Below, piece by piece: positions 12,498 to 22,600 of a DNA stretch of 64,000 nt; positions within the stretch are counted from its first letter, which is position 1; every line of letters begins with the position of its first letter. The notes below the pieces were generated by a model. It was given only the letters and a program-made list of their open reading frames with translations. It had not been told where the DNA came from and searched no databases. The DNA is from Nemertoderma westbladi (lineage: Eukaryota > Animalia > Xenacoelomorpha), in the NCBI GenBank assembly GCA_032718475.1, contig JAUCBJ010008877.1, forward strand, positions 28,595 through 92,594, in the 5' to 3' direction. Position numbers and translations under genes: made by a program.

Positions 12498-13760
12498 TTA
12501 TTTGATATCCTTATGTATAGAGTCGACATGTTGATTTAGTACGTGTTTGTAACGGAATTCTTTATTACAATAACCGCACTTATGTTTGATATCTTTATGT
12601 ATAGAGTCGACATGTCGGTTTAGTACGTGTTTGTAACTGAATTCTTTATTACAATAACCGCACTTATATTTAATATCTTGATGTATAGAGTCGACATGTT
12701 GTTTTAGTTCGGCTTTTGTAGCAAATGATTTTCCACAATCAGAACAGTTGTACTTGATATCTTTATGAAAGTAGTTGACATGGGTGTTTAGATTCCCTTG
12801 CTGACTGAATTCTTTATTACAATAACCGCACTTATGTTTGATATTTTTATGTATAGAGTCGACATGTAGTTTTAGTCCGGCTTTTGAAACAAATGATTTT
12901 CCACAATCGGAGCAGCTATACTTGATGATACCTTTGTGGGCAAAGATAATGTGGGTGTTTAGATCTTCTAGGGGGTTTAATTCTTTATTACAATAATCGC
13001 ATTTATGTTTTATGTCTTTGTGAACGGATTCGATATGTTGATTTAGTTCGGCTGTTCTAGCAAATGATTTTCCACAATGAAAACAGTTGTACTTGATATC
13101 TTTATGTATAGAGTCGACATGTCGTTTTAGTTCGAGATTGTAACTGAATTCTTTATGACAGTAACCGCACTTATGTTTGATATCTTTATGGGTAGCGTCA
13201 ACATGCTTCTTTACATAATTTTTGCGTTTAAACAGTTTCTCACAATAATCGCATTTATACTTATTCTCTACGTCTTTATGAACGGATTCTATATGTCTCT
13301 CTAAAATTCCTTTGTTATTAAATAATTCATTGCAATGCAAACAGGAACTGGTGTCTGAAGAAGATACCAACTTCCCAACAGTTTCATTAGAACTACCGGG
13401 CTCTGTTGTTGCACAACTGATTGTCGCTTCTGTACCTTCAGTTTCAATAGGCCTACCATAAGAACACTCCGCGCTGTCGTTTTCCCGTTTTTCAACAATA
13501 AAAGAATCTTCAGATGGTTCATAAGAAATATCTTCGTCATCTAGTACAGGGACAACATCTACTCTACCGAACAAATTGTTGTGATCTTCGATGGTAGATG
13601 ATCCATATACGCAGTTCTCTTCTTTAACATCAAGAGAATAGGTGATACAGTCTGTTGGTTCTCTCTTTATGATTATAAAGTCTGTTTGTTCTTTCTTTAT
13701 AACTATACCGGCACCAGATAATTTCTCTTTCAATAAATTAGTATGTTTATCCATTATCAA
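12498..13760 (-). CDS. Multi-C2H2 zinc-finger protein (acidic N-terminus, about 9-10 fingers), single ORF
   Basis: 420 aa; 29-aa period CxxC-x12-HxxxxH with HKDIK(H/Y)KC linkers; N-terminal IKKE/IKRE/VKEE motifs. A further, frameshifted finger lies past the stop. Confidence 0.85.
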   Translation of the reverse strand: MIMDKHTNLLKEKLSGAGIVIKKEQTDFIIIKREPTDCITYSLDVKEENCVYGSSTIEDHNNLFGRVDVVPVLDDEDISYEPSEDSFIVEKRENDSAECSYGRPIETEGTEATISCATTEPGSSNETVGKLVSSSDTSSCLHCNELFNNKGILERHIESVHKDVENKYKCDYCEKLFKRKNYVKKHVDATHKDIKHKCGYCHKEFSYNLELKRHVDSIHKDIKYNCFHCGKSFARTAELNQHIESVHKDIKHKCDYCNKELNPLEDLNTHIIFAHKGIIKYSCSDCGKSFVSKAGLKLHVDSIHKNIKHKCGYCNKEFSQQGNLNTHVNYFHKDIKYNCSDCGKSFATKAELKQHVDSIHQDIKYKCGYCNKEFSYKHVLNRHVDSIHKDIKHKCGYCNKEFRYKHVLNQHVDSIHKDIK

Positions 13761-16217
13761 ATCTTCAATAAATATTATTCAATAAATTAAATACAGGTGG
13801 CAGTAGTTTTAGGTATGTCAAGCTCTTCACTAATATAAATTTCATGCGATGTAAATATAATAAATAGATGATATAAGGGCGTTCAAAAGTTGCATGTCGT
13901 GTAACGGAAAAGAGCAGGTTATACAGTACCGCTTTCAAACAACGTCGCATTGGATCCTAGTACAGGATCCAAGTCACTGATTCACTACTGTAGGAAAACT
14001 TTCAATACGTCAATATGCACTATCCGCCTAGAGTAGTAGTTTAAATTAGGGTTGAAACTGACAACCAAACGTAGTATTTGGGAAATTCGCAGGACCGAGC
14101 GATGATGCAAAAACATACAACTTTAGAATGCCAACATCTCGGCAATTTCTTGATAGCATTCAAATGTTTTCACAGAGTTTAGAAATATTACTCACCCACA
14201 TTAAAATAGAAGCAACACCCGGTTTCATTTTTATAAGAATTTTTTTCTACCAGCATGTGACAGGGAAGAGGATACATTGAAACAGAGTCTGGGCTCCAGG
14301 GCCAAATTAGCTAAAGGTAATTAAAAGAGAAACATTATAATTATAAATATGTACCTATCTTAACATTTTTACATCATCCAGCCGATCTCCTTACTCCAGG
14401 TATTGCTTGGTATATTTGCATTTTTCTATACGACAGTTCCTATGTAGCAAACTTCGCCTGCGTTTGAACTTAAGTAATTAACAGTAATTAATTACCGGTA
14501 CCTAATATTTAAACAAAAACTCAAGTTCGCGTAGCTAATTATAAAACTGTAACCTGTAAAGCCCGTCGCTACAGACATTGTCAATACTGCTAACTTTGAA
14601 GGTCGTTTTCACTTGGTTGCTATGGTATTTTCAAAAAACTAAATATGCCATTAAATTCTTCAAATCAAAAATAGTAATCTTCCATAAATTTTAACTCATC
14701 ATATCTACAGATAATCTATAGGAGCTGTTGCTATGGCAGTTTCCCCTGTTGCTATGTTTAAGACTCTCTAAAAAACCAGTTCATCCATTTGGTGAAGTCA
14801 ACCCGATTTGTATATAATGTCCCATATCAGTATTAAACATCAATATGGGCTAGCTGAGTCGTATAAAAACACTTACGGGCCATAGGCTGGAGCCTGTATT
14901 ACATATAGAAACACCTAGATTTATAAACATTGAGGCAGAAAACAATAGTTCGACATATTTTTTCCGACGAAAATACGAAATTAAACATTGTAATATTTCC
15001 GTTGCTATGTTAACCCAAGCGTGATGTTTAAATTTCAAAATAGATAACAATTCAACCAGTGAGTGTGTAGGAGTGTGGAATAATCCAACCGGTGTGGTAT
15101 CGTTAGACCGGAGCCAGATTTTTGCCGGAGCCGGAACCGGACCGGGTAAATTCCAAAAGTACCGGAGCCGGAACCGGATTCGGGTAAGTAATATTAAAGA
15201 AATATATATTGAGGCCTGGTATGACTGTATGACCTACAGGCAGACAGGTACCAGTACCACTGTCATAATAGACTAACATACTAGTTATAATACTGTAATA
15301 GGACCTGGCATGTTGCAGTTAGTCCACTACACAGCTACATTTATTTAGCTTATTTAGTGAGCCAACTTCTGCACTTTCCTGCTTTCTGACTTTGTTTTTA
15401 CTCATAAACCAGTACATTAGTCTGGTAGTTTTATTAGATATTAAACCTAACTGCCTAACAACAGAACAACGATGCAATAGACTGATAGAAGAATGGTTGA
15501 TAGCATCAGCCCAGTCTGCCAGTACTGCAGTAGATCTGTAGATGTAGAGGTATACTAATACCATGAATACTACTGTACTAGGCTAGTGACAGGCAGACAG
15601 GCTACAGGGCTAGACAGAGTTAGTAGGTAGTACAGTATGCAGTACTGTAGGTACTAGTGCAGTAGTGTACTGACTGCCTGTCTTTCAGTCTTTGTACTGT
15701 CTGACTGTTGTAGCCTCAGCCTGGCACCTGGCACCTGGTAGGCCAGTCAGCCAGTACTGAGTACAGCAGTAGGCAGTGTAACTGTACTATGCTGCCCCGG
15801 CCGACCAAATTATTAAGCGCGCCGCAGATTGAAATAATTAAATTTTGAAGAGCGCTGCTCAGCCACGCCAATTGCCAATGCAATTTCAACTTTGAAGGAG
15901 TGTAACCAACCAGTCTGCAAATTTCAGTCAGTCAGTAGTACTGCTGTAGCTGCAGAACTGTCAGACTGTACAGCAGTACTGCAGTAACCATAACCATGCA
16001 ACAGAAAAAAAGAAAGGCGAACGACTGAGCGAAGTGAGCCGAAATTTATAATCAGCTAATACTGTAATAATAATGTAATGTAATTTTTAAGGCAATTCCG
16101 TAATTGTTAAACCACTAAATCGGCGCCGGTTTTATTTTTGGGAGCGCCATGCGCCAAAACCGGCGCGCTTTACGATTTACTGGTATTGGACTGCTACTGC
16201 GGTAGGCTGGCAGGCAT

Positions 16218-17422
16218 TGTAAAAGCTTTTACTGAATTGTCCGGTTATTTTTCCGTATTTTTCCCGTAAAGTACTCTGTAGTTGATTTACCAGGCATAAA
16301 AAGGCCGTGTCCTTGCTGTACTGGTGTTTTAGCGGACATAAGAGCTATTTCTTCTGTATTTGTACTTTAGAGGACATAATCCGTAATTCCGTGACGTAAA
16401 AGCTCTATACTCTTGAAAACAGTGTCGCTACCATGACGACAGCTAGCAGCTGATATTGCCACGTCGACGTTTCTTTGTTTCTCTGTTCTCTCGTTGTTCA
16501 GGTTGACCAATCAGAGCGTTTGTTGTCTTTGTGTTGGAGGTATATACAGAAACTCAGTAGTTCGCAGTGTTATGTTTTTGCCCAGAGCCTAAGAACCGGC
16601 TTTGGCACCTCCGTTTTTCAGTTTTTAGTCTTACACTAGTAGGTTTAATTATAAAGGGCATATATCCTTTAACTCATGGAATCACTGCTAACTGATCATA
16701 CATACTGACTGCTGAAACATTGCAAACTCATAACAATCAGTGTTCAGTTGTTGTTTTATACTGCTATTTACTGTCAGTTCTTCATAATATGGTTGATGAA
16801 TTATTATATTTGGAATAACGATAAATAACCCCGAAACCCAATATTCTTGATATACTGAAGGTAAGAGAGAAAGGTTACCAGTAACGATTGTGACTTATGT
16901 TAAAGTGGTTTGAATTGAATCTAATGTTATTTGATAGACCCTACATGAGTCAGTCTGTGTTCCTTTTATATGTGACTAAAATCAGTGAAGATCGGCAGAT
17001 TAGTGTGCAGTATTGTGCAGCATTGTGTATGAGTGAGTCTGTTAAAGAAGCATTCCTAAAGAATGCGCCATATATGTGAATTATAATTAAGCCATATCGT
17101 TGTGAGTAGTTTAAGCCATAACTCTGTTTATATAGATAAAGCGCCACGTCCTAAAGGAACTGTTAATATTCCCGAAGATAAATAATATTGTCAGAGATTA
17201 TATAATACTGTCAGTCGAATAATACATTAGGCTTACATAGCAACAAAATTAAACCGTCGAACCCAATCTCCCGGGAATATCCAGCGGGTGAATGGTCGCG
17301 CACGGATTGGTTTCGACTAGTGTAGTGAATCAAATACTTGTCATAGGCTAAAAAGCGATTTAATATTTAGAAGACATCTTAATTTGGCGGGTTAAACTGC
17401 CAAAGGTCTAAAAGCGCGAACA
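16218..17422 (+). repeat. 5' LTR of BEL/Pao copy 1 (1205 bp)
   Basis: Direct repeat of 32392-33593. CCAAT near 16508, TATATA near 16541, TCAGT Inr-like motif near 16555. Confidence 0.96.
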
Positions 17423-17434
17423 TTAAAGGATATA
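17423..17434 (+). promoter_or_regulatory. Non-tRNA primer-binding site, complementary to the element's own LTR
   Basis: TTAAAGGATATA abuts the LTR end, has no TGG, and is the exact reverse complement of TATATCCTTTAA at 16661-16672. Confidence 0.7.
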
Positions 17435-17719
17435 GCTTCTTTGTTGCAGTAAGCAATAAAGTTGAAAGTACCGGTCAACCGGTAAACCTGAACCGGTACA
17501 TTCTGTAGGTCAGTAGGCCTAACTGTTCTAACCGGTACTTCCGTATAAGTACACTAGTATTATTCGATTTGATTGTTGTATACCGGTAGGCTGTTTAGGG
17601 GATTAGGGATTGATCACCCCTTATTCCTTTATATGGTTTACTTATTTCTGTCAAGTTTTATTTATTTGTAGGCCAGTATTGAACAGAAGGCGTGTAAGCC
17701 TGATCAGATTGTACAGACG

Positions 17720-18285
17720 ATTTGTAGGCTGAGCTGTTGTCTGATTGCTGTTAAGTCCGAACGGATTGCAGTGTGTGTGTAGATCACCTGTCCGATTAAG
17801 TACGATTAGGCAGTAGGGGCAGTGAACACTGTAAGGTAAACCCCCAACTAAAGAATAAGTCGCACTACTGGGTTAGAGCGCATACTCCCTAATCATTTCG
17901 GAGTCTGTATGTCCTGTAGTTTATTTAGGCTTGAGAGTAGTCTGCCATCGTTTAGTCTGTACTTTGTTTGTGTAAGTCTGTACGGGTAGCGTATAATTTT
18001 ATTTAGATAATTTGTAGGCTGGATAGTTGTCTGGCTGTTATTAGGTCTGAACGGATTGCCGCGTGTGTAGATCATCTGTCCGATTAAGTACGGTTAGGCA
18101 GTAGGGGCAGCGAACGCTGTAAGGTAAACCCCCAACTAAAGAATAAGTCGCACTACTGGGTTAGAGCGCATACTCCCTAATCATTTCGGAGTCTGCATAT
18201 ACCGTAGTTTGTTTAGGCTTGATAGTAGTCTGTCAGTGTTCGGTCTGTATTTTGTTTGAGTAGTTTGTACGCGTAGCGTAATATT
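17720..18285 (+). repeat. Tandem duplication of about 290 bp in the BEL/Pao 5' leader
   Basis: atttgtaggctg...gaacggattgc...gtaaggtaaacccccaactaaagaataagtcgcactactgggttagagcgcatactccc occurs twice (from about 17720 and 18010); single copy in the related element (about 59060-59330). Confidence 0.88.
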
Positions 18286-19616
18286 TATTATTCAGAGTTT
18301 ATGCGATTATTCGCAACATTCATTCCCCAAGTTTGTTCCTACAGTAATTGTGTTTGTTATACATACCGCTATAGTTAAATTAACCCCGGTACTACACGGG
18401 CTGCTCGGCGTAGGTAAAGACTGGTGATTTTGTGCATCGGTCACTCCAGCAGATGCCGTGGTTCTTTTAGCTGTTCAAGTATATTTAACTACTGATTATC
18501 TGTTGTACAAGTACTTGTACCTAATTTAGGGTTTAGTGTACAGTGCTTTCCGAAGTAATTATTGTAGACATTATATTTGTGTTGTAAAGTGGTTGATAGG
18601 CACATTCGATTAGCTCTATTAACTTCTAGGTAGGAACACTCCGTGATACATAACGTAGAACCTATAGCGATACGGCTATAGGTCGTCAGGCGGTGGTATT
18701 TTCCTATCTAGACAACGCAGTGTATTTACTACTACTTATTATTTCAAATACCGTAGTACCCTGTCCGTTGTAATAACCGGTTATCTAACCCTTTGTTAGG
18801 CTGGTTTGTAAACTTCTTGTAAAATTACCCTAAAAATTCGTATTTTGTGTTTTTTTTTTTGTAAATTTTTGTGTTTATTTAGAGATTGTAATCTCAACCC
18901 GAATTGTACGTAATTTGTAGTATTAAGTAACTTAGGTAAATTAGTATTATTTGTTTTAGTGTCCTGTACGTAACACTTCACTGAAAGCGCACCGCTTTGT
19001 GTAGTGATTACTCCCCAGAAATAATAACATTTATTTCAAACATAGACAAAACCCATTAAAACGGGTATAAATACATTATAAATTAAATCTAACGATTTAT
19101 AAATAGTAGGCCTACCATATAACAATTAGGTCTCCATATCAGTTGGACTACTGCTCAAATAACGGTAATAAAGTAAGTAAAGTAACAAAGTAACCCTAAA
19201 GTAACAGAAATTCAATTATTTGAAATAATTGATATACCGGTATTTACGACAGGCCTATTATCTTTATTTCTATAAATCTAGGCTGAAATTATACCGGTAC
19301 TTGTAATTAATTCTATTTCAGAATTATATATCCTACAAACTGTAAGCTGTATACCGGTATTCCAGATAGGCCTATTATATATTTATATATATTTGTGCTA
19401 AAATTATACCGGTATTCTGTGATAAATCTAGTCTGTAATAATACTTATATAGTTATATATACTATAAGTATACCGGTATTCTAATATATTATATATATAT
19501 CACGCTACACTGAGTAGCAGTAACGGTAATTAATTACTAGACTAGCAATTAATACTGAGTTACTAGACTTACTCAGACTGTAATACAGCAGTAGACATTC
19601 AACGGTATACATAGTC

Positions 19617-22600
19617 ATGTCTGATACTAAGCAGAACCTGTCAGACAGTTTATTAGATGTAACCATCTGCGACTCAGATAGAGACGTACAACCATCTGGT
19701 CGTAAATCCAGTTCACCTCCCACTGTGAGGAAGGTCATCCCTCCAGTAGTAATAACAGAACCTAGGCTGGTCCAACATCGTAGGTCTATCATAGGCACTC
19801 GAGCTCAGGTCAAGCGGGACCAAAAGGCAGCGGAACAGCAACAACCCGCTAGTCAAGAATTTATTCCTCAGCGGCCCAGCAGCTCCAGTAGTGAGGATAC
19901 TGTAGAGCTGACACCCGAGAGCGGAGCAGAGAGGACGGATGCGGTTTATACGGATCCCCTTCTCATCCTTCCTGCAGCCGTGCTCGCTGGGTTATTGATC
20001 GCGGTGGAAGACAGTCAACGGTCAACTAGAGATAGCTACGCGGGATACACGAGTGAAGAACTGAAGTCTATTGTCGAGTCGCAATGGAACTTCCCCGGAC
20101 CCGGACTCCCGTTTGATTTATCGGAAGCTGCCTGGGAAGACATACACCGGATGGGAGTAGCCAAGGAAACCATCGATCCAGCTGTGTGGAAGAGGTCCGC
20201 AGCGGGATACGCACAGGGATTCTTCAGCTCTATGGAGCGAATAGAAAAGCAACTTTTTCAACAACCTCAAGGACCTCAAGAGCAGGGATCGCTGCTTTAT
20301 CAAGTAAGAGAATGAGTTCTGCGGATTAGGCTAATCTTATCCGCCTTTGAGGAGGCTTCTAAAAGAAAACAAGACACGTCGTTGCAAGTTGCCGTAAAGA
20401 CTTGGTTTCAACGGGTGAGTCGCCAGGTTCAAGGAGCAGCTCAGTGGAAAGCTCAGTTGGAGGAGCGCTCAACCCATGGAGAATCGACGGAAGCTACTTT
20501 TTCCCAAGTGGAAAGTGAAGCGACGGCAGATAAACCGCATAAGAAGGATGCCATTGATATCTATCTGTCAGACTATCAGCGTTTTTTGGGAGATGAAGAG
20601 TTGAGGAGAAGGTTAGAGGGACTTAGCCCTAATAGCGAAGGAGCCAAACTAGTGTTAGATGCGATTGATGTGGATAGGTTAGCGGCGAACCAAGCTAAAT
20701 TCGATGAACAACTCCGCATCGCTAGAGAACAAGAAGAACAAGTAAAGAAAAAACGTATAGAAGATAGAAAGACAACGGCAGTGGCAGCAGCAGTGGCAGC
20801 GGCAGAAGCCGAAAGAAAAGCGGCACTGGCAATGGCAGAGGCAGCGGCAGAAACCGAAAGAAAAGCGGCACTGGCAATGGCAGAGGCAGCGGCAGAAACC
20901 GAAAGAAAAGCGGCAGAAACCGAAAGAAAAGCGGCACTGGCAATAGCAGAGGCAGCGGCAGAAACCGAAAGAAAAGCGGCACTGGCAATAGCAGAGGCAG
21001 TGGTAGAAGCCGAACGGAGAGCATCTGAAGAGACAACCCAACTAGAGTTGGAAATTCTTCAAGAGAAGCAAGACAACTTCAATAAACAGTTAACAGCGAG
21101 CAATATGCAAATGATGAGTCGATCTACTCCCAAGAGACAGGGGTATACATCATCTGAGGAAGGCGATACCACCGACACTGAAGGCGGAAGAAATCGATCT
21201 CGCCTAAGTAGACGTAAAAGAACATTCCACCGGCAGAAATTGCCTGATTTGCCTCCAGCTGTTAGAAGGCAACTAAATAACACCAAAGTAGGTAGTACAG
21301 AACCCACAGACCAAATAATTACAATAGAGAGACTCCCTACTATAGTAGATGAGCCTGAAATAATTAGGCCTGTTCTTGAAATCACCCCTTCGGTGATAGA
21401 CATACCTGTGCTCCCTGAGACTACCTCTAAATTCCCTTTGCATAGCACTAAGCTACCTGTGCCCCGTAGAACTGCCCCGGATACAGTTCAGGTCCTGGAC
21501 CCCGAGCGAATTATTCATAATTTGTCGCCCGTTGTCCCTCGTCCGCCCGCTACGACGTTGGCGGATCCTGTTTCGGCGGTTGATTGGGTAGACGAGAGAC
21601 GGCGGGGGATGGATATTCTCCTCGGAGAGATGAAGGAGAACCGGAGACTCTCCTCCCAACAGGTCCGAGAGTTGGAAGGGACTGTCCAACATTTAAAGGG
21701 AACAGTGAGGGAAAGCAAGTTAGAGTTGCAAGAAGTGCAGCAAAATATCGCGCTAGAGCGCGATAAATTAGTAAATTTACAAAAGGGTATACCACCACCC
21801 CCTGTAACAATGTGTCAACCCGTTAGGTCTGAAGTATCTCATGCGCAAGGTGTGGAGCCTATACGCATTTATACTGCTAGCGAAGTAGAAACTCCTATAG
21901 TGAACCCTATTAAGGGTAATTATAGACCTGTTTGTAATGATATTCCCTATGGAACTGATCATAATCCGAGGAATTTATATACCGATACCTCGATATTAAA
22001 TAGCACGATGGCCCAAGAAAGTTTTACGCGTCAAATGGCTAGAACCGAAGCCCGGCAAGCGGTAAAGGTTGGAGAGATCGTCAAGTTCAATGGAGATGAG
22101 ATGAAGTGGTTACCTTTTAATGAATATTACAAAGATAACATACAGAACTCTGTACTATCTAATGGAGAAAAACTTAGATACCTCATCGAGTGCTTGGAAG
22201 GATCTCCCAAGTTAATGGCGTTAAAGTTTATTGGACATCCAGACGGATTAAGACAAGTTTGGGATACACTAAACATCAGGTATGGTAATAGGAATAATAT
22301 CGCTGGGTACTTGTATGCCAAGTTAGTAGCGCCCCGAAAGTTTATTAGTAGCGGAATTATCGAGTTTTCCGATGAGATCCAGGAGATCTGCAGACAATTA
22401 GATTGGCTAGGTAAGTCTCATGAGTATCAGAACACTATGGTTATTAGAGCAGTGGCTTCTACTTTACCTAAAGGTGGAGTAGGTACACGCTGGGATAAGA
22501 AAGTGTTATATATGATGGAACAACAACGGCGAGACCCTACCATGGCTGATCTCATGTCATTCCTGGATGGAGAAGTGAAATTACAGCTCCTGAAACTGTC

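Larger units (their letters stand above)
10311..12790. repeat. Tandem duplication of about 1.3 kb (10311-11640 and 11641 to about 12790) covering the zinc-finger 3' end and its downstream flank
   Basis: Both units start cacaataccaaacaggataatttaaaatcg and are near-identical through the flank; junction at 11640/11641. Confidence 0.92.

Noticed and set aside
16650-16672. Local hairpin TAAAGG..CCTTTA as the sole explanation of the PBS-complementary segment
   Set aside because: Present in copy 1 but not at the equivalent site in copy 2, whereas the long-range PBS pairing is present in both.
16897-17147. Short ORFs repeated at 33068-33318
   Set aside because: Identical only because they lie in the LTRs; no coding evidence.
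20313-20315. Programmed readthrough or selenocysteine TGA in BEL gag
   Set aside because: The related copy has CGA (Arg), so a CpG transition is the simpler explanation.
20679-21041. Cys-rich and Leu/Pro-rich antisense ORFs
   Set aside because: Shadow frames of the coding minisatellite in gag.
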